Origin: Candidatus Woesearchaeota archaeon
GTDB taxonomy: Archaea; Nanobdellota; Nanobdellia; Woesearchaeales; GW2011-AR15
Length of the DNA: 64,000 bases
Assembly (NCBI GenBank): GCA_038874655.1
Contig: JAVZBY010000002.1
Location: 210,044 to 274,043 of the forward strand
Direction: 5' to 3'
Positions 1-9,161 of the stretch are shown here, one piece after another (within the stretch, counting starts at the first letter, position 1; every line of letters starts with the position of its first letter). The notes beneath the pieces are model-generated. The model saw nothing but the letters and a program-made list of their open reading frames with translations. It had not been told where the DNA came from and made no database searches. A program made the position numbers and the translations under genes.

Positions 1-1889
1 ATGGATTTGGCACATTAATGTTAACACAGCCAAAAGACATGAAAGGTGGTGTTTACTTAGAAATGCCTAAAAAATCATCAACCTTTTACAGATACTCTTT
101 GGACTTTGACACACCAAATAAATTGTCAACATCCAATACAGCAGATGACTTAAAAGGAAATTCTCTAGTTATACAAGGTAAAACTTATACAATCTCAGAA
201 GTAAGTTTTGACAGTGCTAATAAAGTACAAAAAATGAAATTGCTTGCAGGAGACAGTTCAGTTTGGTTAACTCAAGACCAACCCTATACATTAGGAGAAC
301 ATACTATAACTGTTGTTAGTGTTGAAGACAGTTCAAATCCAGCATGTGGCGTTAATGTAGATGGAGTCACAAAATGGATTGATCCAGGCACAACAGAAGA
401 ATTTAATGGTTTAAAAGTTGGTTTATTAAATGCAAAAGCAGTTAGATCAAAAGACTATGATAGAGATGTATGTGAATTATCCTTAGGTTCAAGTGAAATT
501 GTCTTAGAACAAGGAGAACCCGTAGAAGTAAATGGTTATGAAATAGATGGTTCATCAGTTTCTTTCCTAGGAAATGCATATGAATTTGATGGGTTTACAA
601 TTGATTTAAAAACAAACTACATGGATAAAAATATGTACTTGAAAGATGGACAAGCATGGACAGATCCTGTATTTGGTAACTGGAAAGTTGTTTATGCTGG
701 TACAACTTCTAAAACAGAAACCATCAAAGTTGAATCATTAGGAGATAAAGCAGTATTAACCTTCTATAATAGAGATGGTAAAAAAGTAGAAGTTCCATAC
801 TACTATGATGAAACAGCAGGAGCAGTATTCTTAGGTAATGATGAAGATGAAAGATTATTATTGCCAGGTGAATCACATACTTATACAGGAGACTATGATG
901 TAGAAGGAACATTGTTCTTGTATTCAACTCCAGGTGGAGATGTACACTTATTACAAATGACAAGCTTAAAATGTGACTCTTCATCAAAGAATACAACAAC
1001 AATTAAAGACTTAACATATGGAACAACAGTAGCAGAAAATGTTGAATTGGCAAATGACTGTAACAATGTTGCAGAAACAATTGACATGGGCTCATTAGGA
1101 CAATTAAAAGTAAATGTTACACCAAAATACATCTACTATGATCCAGCATATGGTTCAGGTAGCAGATTTACAAAATATGAAGGTAACTTTACCTTTATGA
1201 ACTCAACAACAGCAGTATTTACAGAAAAAGCAGGAGATGAATCTCAAGCAGGAGTATTAAGATATGATTTAACTTATGACAATGATGACGATGAAATAAA
1301 GATAAATGTTCCAACATCTTTAACTTGGGTAAACAATGACCAAGGGGACAGTGATACAAGATGGGCATTATTGGGAACAAGTGGACAAAGAAAAGGAAGT
1401 ATTGTTAAATATGACAACAAGAACAAATTATCATTAGAAATAACCTACCCAGAAGACGATGTCTACGCAAATGTCTTTGTAGCTCCAGTTGATGCAGAAC
1501 CAGTTGGAGGTTCAGCAGGTGGAGTAACAGCTGAAAAAGTCAATCCATTCAGTGTTGGATTAGCAGTATTAGACACAGATGCAGCAAGCATGACCAAAAA
1601 CATGATTGTTGTTGGTGGTCCATGTGCAAACACAGTTGCAGCTGAATTATTAGGCAATCCAACAAACTGTGGAGAAGGCTTTGAACCTGGAAAAGCAATG
1701 TTGAAATTCTTTGACAGAAAAGGAAAAGCAGCATTACTTGTAGCAGGTTATGAAGCTGAAGAAACATTAAACGCAGCTTATGTCTTAGCACAACATAACA
1801 CAAAATACAAAGCAGACTTCGCTAAATTAAATGACGAAGTTGAGCTAGTTGTTGCAGACATGAGCAAAGTTGTGTTCAACACAGCTTAA
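1..1889 (+). CDS. S-layer protein (5' truncated by window edge)
   Basis: Frame is open to the window edge. Acidic, Thr/Asp/Gly-rich protein with the C-terminal archaeal S-layer motif NMIVVGGPCANTVAAELLG...ALLVAGYEAEET. Confidence 0.85.
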   Translation, partial: GFGTLMLTQPKDMKGGVYLEMPKKSSTFYRYSLDFDTPNKLSTSNTADDLKGNSLVIQGKTYTISEVSFDSANKVQKMKLLAGDSSVWLTQDQPYTLGEHTITVVSVEDSSNPACGVNVDGVTKWIDPGTTEEFNGLKVGLLNAKAVRSKDYDRDVCELSLGSSEIVLEQGEPVEVNGYEIDGSSVSFLGNAYEFDGFTIDLKTNYMDKNMYLKDGQAWTDPVFGNWKVVYAGTTSKTETIKVESLGDKAVLTFYNRDGKKVEVPYYYDETAGAVFLGNDEDERLLLPGESHTYTGDYDVEGTLFLYSTPGGDVHLLQMTSLKCDSSSKNTTTIKDLTYGTTVAENVELANDCNNVAETIDMGSLGQLKVNVTPKYIYYDPAYGSGSRFTKYEGNFTFMNSTTAVFTEKAGDESQAGVLRYDLTYDNDDDEIKINVPTSLTWVNNDQGDSDTRWALLGTSGQRKGSIVKYDNKNKLSLEITYPEDDVYANVFVAPVDAEPVGGSAGGVTAEKVNPFSVGLAVLDTDAASMTKNMIVVGGPCANTVAAELLGNPTNCGEGFEPGKAMLKFFDRKGKAALLVAGYEAEETLNAAYVLAQHNTKYKADFAKLNDEVELVVADMSKVVFNTA

Positions 1890-1901
1890 ATAAAATAAAA
1901 C

Positions 1902-1926
1902 TTTTTTCTTTTTTTTTTATTTTTTT
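1902..1926 (+). terminator. Oligo-T archaeal terminator after the S-layer gene
   Basis: Near-continuous T tract directly after the stop codon. Confidence 0.55.
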
Positions 1927-2122
1927 AACAAATTCTAAATTATTACCTTGTTAATTCTTTAAACCTTTTTAGTAATGCACTTATTTTGATTAGTTTTAAT
2001 TAAAAATATAATTAGATTTAATTAAAGAATTGATATACTTTTTTATTAACTATACTTCCTATTTTTTAGAAATATATGAATTATAATGTATATTTTAGAA
2101 AAAATAATCCTTAAAATGATTT

Positions 2123-3355
2123 TTATAATAATGGCACACCAACAAAAACATTATCTTTATCTCTGATTAATTTAACTTTTATTTTTCCATTTGTTTTAGA
2201 ACAATTAATTACGCTAATGACTCTGTTTTTAGAAACAGCAATAACAGAATTTTTTAACCTATCTTTTGCCTTTAATTCCACTTCAATAATATCATTTTTT
2301 TTAAATGGCTTTTTTAAAGTTTCATCAGGAACAATTGTTAAATCAGATGTAATTTTAGTTAAATTAACATTAATATTGTATTTTTCATTAATTCTTTTTT
2401 CTAATTCATTTAATCTTTCATAAAAAACTTTAAAAGGAATCGCATTAACAGGTTTTTTTCCAAAATCATACTCTAAAAAATTTTGTATTCCTATATCAGC
2501 ATTAATTTTTTTAGCAAACAAAACAATTTGTTCTATATCTTCATCATTAATTCCAGGTAACCAAACAGGAACAATTAAACAATGCGCTTTTTTTGCAACA
2601 AATTCAGCAACTTCCATGACTTTTTCAACAGGATAAACAGAATTAGCTAAAAAAGAGGCTTTTTCTCTATTTAAGCTATGTATAGAAAAATGAAAATGAC
2701 TTAATCCTGCATTTATTAATCTTTCAGCTCTATCTTTTGTAATTAAAATGCCATTACTAACCATTGAAATTGCTTTAACTTGTTTATTCTCTCTTATTCT
2801 TTTTACTAAATATTCTAAATCACCATATAAACTAGGATCTCCTTGACTTCCAATATGTATAATAACAGGATTTTTTTTAATATCAATAACTTTATTTAAT
2901 TCTTCAATTAAATAATCTGCTTCAACAATAATATCAGAATTTCTTTTTGTATGATCTACAGAACAAAAAATACAATCAATATTACAAGTAGTTAATGGTT
3001 TAATTTCAATAGCATTAGTTTTTCTATCAATAATACCAAACTCATTTGAACCAATTAGAGGAATTCCAGAATTCTTATGCACATATAAAGCAGGTTTATT
3101 ATTCAATGAACATTTTAATTCACTAAACCCTTTATCCAATAAAAAATTAAACTTTTGTAAAACATTTGATTCTTTTTTTTCACTTCTAAAAACAAGAGAG
3201 TTATTATTATTTTTATCAATTTCAAAATTTCCAATTTCTAATAAATCCTTTTTATTCAAATAAAAATAATAAATATTCATAAAAATAACTCTAATCTTTT
3301 CATTTTTATCATTAGTTTCAGAAAACCTCAAATTTTCAAAACTTAATTTTACCAT
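2123..3355 (-). CDS. Radical SAM protein with C-terminal TRAM-like domain
   Basis: CNIDCIFC (CxxxCxxC) motif, GDPSLY motif and a beta-rich C-terminus; 2 bp gap to the RelA/SpoT gene. Confidence 0.85.
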   Translation of the reverse strand: MVKLSFENLRFSETNDKNEKIRVIFMNIYYFYLNKKDLLEIGNFEIDKNNNNSLVFRSEKKESNVLQKFNFLLDKGFSELKCSLNNKPALYVHKNSGIPLIGSNEFGIIDRKTNAIEIKPLTTCNIDCIFCSVDHTKRNSDIIVEADYLIEELNKVIDIKKNPVIIHIGSQGDPSLYGDLEYLVKRIRENKQVKAISMVSNGILITKDRAERLINAGLSHFHFSIHSLNREKASFLANSVYPVEKVMEVAEFVAKKAHCLIVPVWLPGINDEDIEQIVLFAKKINADIGIQNFLEYDFGKKPVNAIPFKVFYERLNELEKRINEKYNINVNLTKITSDLTIVPDETLKKPFKKNDIIEVELKAKDRLKNSVIAVSKNRVISVINCSKTNGKIKVKLIRDKDNVFVGVPLL

Positions 3356-3357
3356 TT

Positions 3358-5472
3358 TTAGCTTATACTTTTTTCTTCTTGTACATTAGTTATATGCTTA
3401 ATTTTCTTTAAAATATCTATAGTCTTTATAAGTTCTTCATTACTTTCTGCTTTTATTTTTAAAGATATTAAAATTGTTTTTTTATGTGGTTTTAAATTAA
3501 TAGACAGAACATTAATCTTAAAATTACTTAACTGATTTAAAATATCCTCAACAATTCCTAATTTATCTTCAACATAAACATTGATTGTTTTAATCTGTTC
3601 TTTTGGCACATTCCAACAGACATTTACTTTTTTAGTTTTATCTAACGCGTGTATATTTGGACATTTCTCTTTATGCACTGAAATTGTACCATCTTTCATT
3701 CTATAAGCAACAATGGCATCATTAAACTGAGGATTACAGCATTTAGATAACTTTAATTGTCCCTTTTCCTCACAATATATATATTTTGCCAAATTAATTT
3801 TATCTTGCTCTTCTCTTAATTGTTTAGGATCTCGCTCTATTTCAATTCCCAATGCACTTCTAATCTTTTGTTTAGCTTTATTTGTCACAACAAAACTGAG
3901 CCAATTTCTTGATGGTTTTGCGTTTGGATTAGTAATAATATAAACAACATCCCCGCTTTTTAATTTATAATCCAATGGAACCAATTTCTTATTAACTTGT
4001 GCTTTTGAACAAGTTTCTCCTATTTTTGAATGAACTTCAAAAGCAAAATCAACAGGAGTGGCATTTTCAGGTAAAATTATAGGATCTCCTTTAGGTGTAA
4101 AAACAACAATCTCATTCTCAAACAAATCAACCTTTAAAGAATCTAAAAATTCACTAGGAGCATTCTTTTTCCATTCTAAAACTTGTTCAAGCCAAGCAAT
4201 TCTTTTATCAAAAGCTTTATCTCTCTCAGTTCCTTTATAACGCCAGTGTGCAGCAACCCCATATTTAGCTACTTGATGCATTTCTAGAGTTCTTATTTGA
4301 ACTTCACAAATAGTATTAAAAGGAGTTACAACATCAGTGTGTAATGATTGATAACCATTTGACTTTGGAACTGCAATATAATCTTTAAATCTACCTGGAA
4401 TTGGTTTCCATAATTGATGTATCTCAGCTAAAACCCTATAACAATCTGGTATAGTTTTAACAATAATTCTGACAGCAATTAAATCATAAATCTCTTCAAA
4501 GCTTCTTTTTTCTAATATCATCTTCCTATAAATGCTATAAAAATACTTTGCTCTACCACTAACTTCTAAAAACTCAATATTAGATTCATTTAATTTCTTT
4601 TTAATCATATCCATAATAAGCTTTGCTTTTTTTTCTCTTTCAGCTCTTTTTTCATTAACTTTATTTTTTATATATTGATAAATATCTGGTTTTAAATACC
4701 TCAGAGATAAATCTTCCAATTCACCTTTCAAATTATACAATCCTAATTTATGAGCAATTGGAGCATAAATCTCTAGAGTTTCTTTAGCAATTCTTTGCTG
4801 TTTATCTTCTCTTAAATATTTCAATGTTCTCATATTGCTTAATCTGTCAGCCAATTTAATTAAAATAACTCTAAAATCTTTTATAGTAGCTAAAAGAAGT
4901 TTTCTCCAATTTTCAGCTGTATAATCCTCTGGACTTTCAAAACTAGCTTTGTTTGTTTTTGTTTCTCCTTCAACTAAAGAAGCAACTTCTTCGCCAAACT
5001 CTTTTTTTATATCCTCTAAATTATATTCTGTTTCTTCAACAATGTCATGAAGCAAAGCAGCACATATAGTAGCAGTATCAGGCTTATACTCTAAAAGAAT
5101 TTTAGCAACAGAAACAGGATGCTCGAAATAATCTTTTCCAGATTCTCTTTTTTGTCCTTGATGGGCTTTTCTTGCAAAATTATATGCTTTTTCAATGAGC
5201 TTTAAATCTGCTTTTTTATCATAAGAAGCAACCTCATTTAAAATAAACTTTAATTCTTTATCAAAATCCATAGGGATATCCTTTCTTTCAATTTCATCTA
5301 AAATTAAATCAACTTCATCTTTTTCTTTTAATAGATTATCATTCTCATTATTATTTTGGCTATTATTTAAACTATTATTTTCCTTATTTAATTCAGATTT
5401 ATTAATTTCTTTTATCTCATCTATGTTATTACTTATACTTTTATTTAAATCATTGTTCATATAAATAGGCAT
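3358..5472 (-). CDS. rel: Long RelA/SpoT homologue, (p)ppGpp synthetase/hydrolase (HD-SYNTH-TGS-ZFD-ACT)
   Basis: AHQGQKRESG, ALLHDIVEET, IKLADRLSNMRTL, RFKDYIAVPKSNGYQSLH, EVQIRT, TGS VFTPKGD...TPVDFAFEVH, SKCCNP and an ACT-like C-terminus. Confidence 0.95.
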   Translation of the reverse strand: MPIYMNNDLNKSISNNIDEIKEINKSELNKENNSLNNSQNNNENDNLLKEKDEVDLILDEIERKDIPMDFDKELKFILNEVASYDKKADLKLIEKAYNFARKAHQGQKRESGKDYFEHPVSVAKILLEYKPDTATICAALLHDIVEETEYNLEDIKKEFGEEVASLVEGETKTNKASFESPEDYTAENWRKLLLATIKDFRVILIKLADRLSNMRTLKYLREDKQQRIAKETLEIYAPIAHKLGLYNLKGELEDLSLRYLKPDIYQYIKNKVNEKRAEREKKAKLIMDMIKKKLNESNIEFLEVSGRAKYFYSIYRKMILEKRSFEEIYDLIAVRIIVKTIPDCYRVLAEIHQLWKPIPGRFKDYIAVPKSNGYQSLHTDVVTPFNTICEVQIRTLEMHQVAKYGVAAHWRYKGTERDKAFDKRIAWLEQVLEWKKNAPSEFLDSLKVDLFENEIVVFTPKGDPIILPENATPVDFAFEVHSKIGETCSKAQVNKKLVPLDYKLKSGDVVYIITNPNAKPSRNWLSFVVTNKAKQKIRSALGIEIERDPKQLREEQDKINLAKYIYCEEKGQLKLSKCCNPQFNDAIVAYRMKDGTISVHKEKCPNIHALDKTKKVNVCWNVPKEQIKTINVYVEDKLGIVEDILNQLSNFKINVLSINLKPHKKTILISLKIKAESNEELIKTIDILKKIKHITNVQEEKSIS

Positions 5473-5610
5473 AATTTAAGAATATTAAAACTTTTGCTAT
5501 CTTACTTAAAAAAGCAGAATATTGCTAAAATTAAAAATAATAATTAAATAACTAATTAATTTATAAATAATTAAAAAATTATTTAAACCAAACAATCCTT
5601 TATTAATATA

Positions 5611-6909
5611 ATGCCCATTCATAAATTAAAAAACAAACCAAAAAAACAGAAATCAAAAAAGTTATATAATTTTAAAAATAAAACTATTAAAAATAGTAAA
5701 AAAAGAGCAGTTTCTCAACTAGATTGGGTAATGAGTTTAGCATTATTTTTATTATATCTAGCATGGTTTTTTTCATTTATTTTACCAAATCTAAATTTTC
5801 AAAAAAACAAAAATACAAATCTTTACATACTAAAAGAAAATTTTATTACAGATTTTTCTTATATAACAACAAAAACACCTCTATTTATTATATCAAATAA
5901 AACTTTTAATAACAAACCAATAATAATAGATTTCCCTTATTCATATAACCTTTTTTCAGAAGAAGATATTATATTTTATGAAAACAAGCTTTTGCTTTTA
6001 ACAAATATCACACAAAAAAAGATTATAAATTTTTATGAGAATCTTAACATATCAAAAAATAATAACTTCTATAATATACAAAGTGATGAAGAAAAAACAT
6101 CTGTTAATAATATGGTAGTATATTTTTCTAATAGCTTACCTAAAAAAATAATATATAAACAAAATTCTAAAATCTTAGATATAAATTACAAAATAAATAG
6201 TATCTCTTTTAACCCAAGCAATTTCTCACATGAAAAAGATCTTTTTTTATCTTCTTATAAAGCAAAAACAGGTAATATAAATTTTTCAACACTTATATTT
6301 TCAGATAATCATGAAATTTACTTTTTAATCACCAATCCTGAAACAGAAAAATATGAATTAGAATTAGACTTGGATTTAGATAATTATGCATCATACTACT
6401 CAGATAATCTTCATTTTGGAAACTTTTCTTATTCATCAGAGAAGCAATATATTAGATTTTTTAGTGATAAAATTACTTTATATAATAATAATGATAAACT
6501 AACCTTATTTATAGAAAATTCACAATTTAATATCACAAACTTTAACGATACTTTAAAAATTAACATAAAAACAGAAATAAATAATAGTTTATTTAAAATT
6601 TCTTTTGATTCTGATCCTTTTAATCCATTAGATATTAATAAAAAAGATTATGATTATTCTTTTGGAATTAAAGAAATAGAATCTTTCATATTATTAGACA
6701 AAAATGAAAATTCAAATTATACATTTTATAAAAATAAAATTGATTTTGATTTTTATATTTCCATTTATAATGAAACAAACTCAGAAATTTTCTATGAACT
6801 AGGAATCAATAATCCAAAAAAAAGACAAGTTTATGCAGAAACAGAGTCATACATGGCTTTAAAAGAAAACAACATCTTCCCTGTCTTAGTAAATTTTAGG
6901 ATATGGTAA
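5611..6909 (+). CDS. Secreted/pilin-like protein with class III-like signal peptide
   Basis: KKRAVSQLDW followed by a hydrophobic helix; many NxS/T sequons. Confidence 0.6.
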   Translation: MPIHKLKNKPKKQKSKKLYNFKNKTIKNSKKRAVSQLDWVMSLALFLLYLAWFFSFILPNLNFQKNKNTNLYILKENFITDFSYITTKTPLFIISNKTFNNKPIIIDFPYSYNLFSEEDIIFYENKLLLLTNITQKKIINFYENLNISKNNNFYNIQSDEEKTSVNNMVVYFSNSLPKKIIYKQNSKILDINYKINSISFNPSNFSHEKDLFLSSYKAKTGNINFSTLIFSDNHEIYFLITNPETEKYELELDLDLDNYASYYSDNLHFGNFSYSSEKQYIRFFSDKITLYNNNDKLTLFIENSQFNITNFNDTLKINIKTEINNSLFKISFDSDPFNPLDINKKDYDYSFGIKEIESFILLDKNENSNYTFYKNKIDFDFYISIYNETNSEIFYELGINNPKKRQVYAETESYMALKENNIFPVLVNFRIW

Positions 6910-6948
6910 TTATAATATAACTAATATAAAAAAATAAAAACTAAAAAA

Positions 6949-7329
6949 ATGAGAAAACAAAAAAAAGCACAAGAAAATATCTCAAATAAAAAAGCATTCA
7001 TAAAAACAGTTGAAATATTATTAGTTATAATAATTACAACTATTCTATCTATCTCTTTAATTCAAAGACAAGAAAGGATTTCATCATATGATTTAGATAA
7101 AAACTATTTAATAAATATTGAAAAAAACAAAGAATTCAGACAATTTGTTATTGAAAATAATGGTTGTTATGCAAGCAAAAATCTTTCCTTTATAACAAAA
7201 CCAAATATTTTAATTTGTATTGATACAATAAATAATGACTTTAATGCACAATACTTAGAAACAATATTTTTTACAGGTAATGAAACAACAATTTCATACA
7301 AAAGAATTTATCTTTATTCATTAAAATAA
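6949..7329 (+). CDS. Small pilin-like protein with class III-like signal peptide
   Basis: KKA|FIKTVE followed by hydrophobic ILLVIIITTIL. Confidence 0.55.
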   Translation: MRKQKKAQENISNKKAFIKTVEILLVIIITTILSISLIQRQERISSYDLDKNYLINIEKNKEFRQFVIENNGCYASKNLSFITKPNILICIDTINNDFNAQYLETIFFTGNETTISYKRIYLYSLK

Positions 7330-7473
7330 TAAGTTAGAAAAAAATAAAAAAATTATAGTAAATAAAATATATGCTATTAATCAAAAAATTAATAAATTGC
7401 ATTTTATTTAATTTATTAAAATATTAATTTCCTTTTATAAAATTAATTAGTTATAATATAAAAAAGAGGTAAA

Positions 7474-8733
7474 ATGCTTCCTATTGAAACCTTTGAATTA
7501 TTGTATAAATTTTTTTTATCAATTGCCTTAGGTGCTTTAATAGGTGCTGAAAGAGAAAAAAGTCATCAACAGCACTTAGGAACTGATTTCGCAGGAATAA
7601 GAACATTTATGTTAATAACTTTTTTAGGCACATTATCAGCATATCTCTCTAATCTTTATTATGATTGGCTTTTGGCAGTTATCTTTTTTTGTTTTGTAAT
7701 TGCGGTTTTAGCTGGATATATATTAAGCTCATATTTTAATAAAGAAGTTGGGATGACTACAGAATTATCAACATTAATAGCATTTATTATTGGTGTTTTA
7801 GTTTATTCTATTACAGAAATTATTCCTATCATTTTAGCTATAAGTTTAACTTTAATATTATCTTTTAAAAATTATTTACATAGATTTGTTTATAATTTAA
7901 AGTCAAATGAATTCTTTGATACACTAAAATTTTTAGTAATTGCATTTGTAATACTACCTTTATTAAGAAACATAGAACCATTTGGTCCTTATAATTCTAT
8001 TGATCTTTATGAGATATGGATTATGGTTGTTTTTGTTTCTGGGTTAAGCTTTTTTGCGTATGTTTTAGTTAAAACATTTGGTTCTAACAAAGGAACATTT
8101 ATAACAGGAATGTTAGGAGGCATATTATCTAGTACAGCAGTTGTTTCAACATTAGCAGAAAAATCTAAAGAAACAGAAAATTCATATCCTCTAGTTGCTG
8201 CTGCAGCTGTTGCATGCTCAGCAATGTTTATTAGAGTTTTAATAGAAGTTTCAATATTAAACTTTTCTATATTTGAAAAATTAGCATTTCCTATGATAAC
8301 ATTATCCTTTATTGGTTTTATAAGTTCATCTTATCTATGGAAAAAACAAAAAACATATCAAGAAACCTCTATAAATTTTACCTCCCCTTTAATGTTAAAA
8401 CCAGCATTAAAATTTGGCCTTTTTTATGCAATTGTTTTAATTGCAGCCACAATATTAAAAGAAATCTTTGGCTCACATGGAATTTTAATAGCTTCTTTAT
8501 TTAGTGGTATTGTAGATTCAGATACAATTGCAATCTTTATCTCAAGGCATCCAGACATAATAAATAATTTAGCGATTGCTGCTATTGTATTAGCTTCTTC
8601 TATTAATACAATCACAAAAGTAATTATTGCAAAATCCTTTGGTTCAAAAGAATTCGGTAATAAATTCTTTGGTTTAATGTTTCCAGTTATAATTGTTGGA
8701 TTTGCTTTTGTTTTCTTTTTGATGAATTTTTAA
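7474..8733 (+). CDS. MgtC/SapB family (DUF4010) membrane protein
   Basis: LGALIGAERE...FAGIRTF and GMTTE motifs; multiple TM helices; GAGGT RBS. Confidence 0.9.
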   Translation: MLPIETFELLYKFFLSIALGALIGAEREKSHQQHLGTDFAGIRTFMLITFLGTLSAYLSNLYYDWLLAVIFFCFVIAVLAGYILSSYFNKEVGMTTELSTLIAFIIGVLVYSITEIIPIILAISLTLILSFKNYLHRFVYNLKSNEFFDTLKFLVIAFVILPLLRNIEPFGPYNSIDLYEIWIMVVFVSGLSFFAYVLVKTFGSNKGTFITGMLGGILSSTAVVSTLAEKSKETENSYPLVAAAAVACSAMFIRVLIEVSILNFSIFEKLAFPMITLSFIGFISSSYLWKKQKTYQETSINFTSPLMLKPALKFGLFYAIVLIAATILKEIFGSHGILIASLFSGIVDSDTIAIFISRHPDIINNLAIAAIVLASSINTITKVIIAKSFGSKEFGNKFFGLMFPVIIVGFAFVFFLMNF

Positions 8734-8790
8734 ATTTCTTTCTTTAAGTAATCTTATCAAAACAACATTTATTTTTAAGATACCTCTAAG

Positions 8791-8982
8791 AAAAAAGCGC
8801 CGCGGGTGAGATTTAGGAACCAATCCTTTTTACAAAAGCATTGATGGAAAATACTTTTTACTCTGTAGAAAGGTTTTGCTTTGTAAAATAACAACTTTGC
8901 AAAACAATAACACCTTAAAAGAAAATAAAACAGAAAGATAAAAAGCAAAAGAAAAATAAAAAAAGCGCCGCGGGTGAGATTT
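8791..8982. repeat. 24-bp direct repeat of the tRNA-Ser 3' end (att-like)
   Basis: aaaaaagcgccgcgggtgagattt occurs at both 8791-8814 and 8959-8982. Confidence 0.85.
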
Positions 8983-9091
8983 GAACTCACGTATCCTTAC
9001 GGACAGCGGATTTTTGTAGGCTATTTATGGAAATCTTAAAGACAAATGTCCTTAGCAATCCACCGCAATAGCCGGACTATGCGACCGCGGC
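8966..9091 (-). tRNA. tRNA-Ser(GCT) with a 41-nt intron at 37/38 (9012-9052)
   Basis: Acceptor GCCGCGG/CCGCGGC, discriminator G, anticodon arm GTGGA-TTGCTA^A-TCCGC, long variable arm, T-arm GTGAG-TTCAAAT-CTCAC. Confidence 0.9.
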
Positions 9092-9161
9092 ATAAATACG
9101 CAAATAGTATAATTTTATATAGAAAAATAAAACCTTTTTAAATATTTTCTTGATAATTACT

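Noticed and set aside
8775-8990. 71-aa ORF with repeated NLTRGAFF
   Set aside because: The repeat is just the translation of the duplicated tRNA 3' end, and the ORF overlaps the tRNA.
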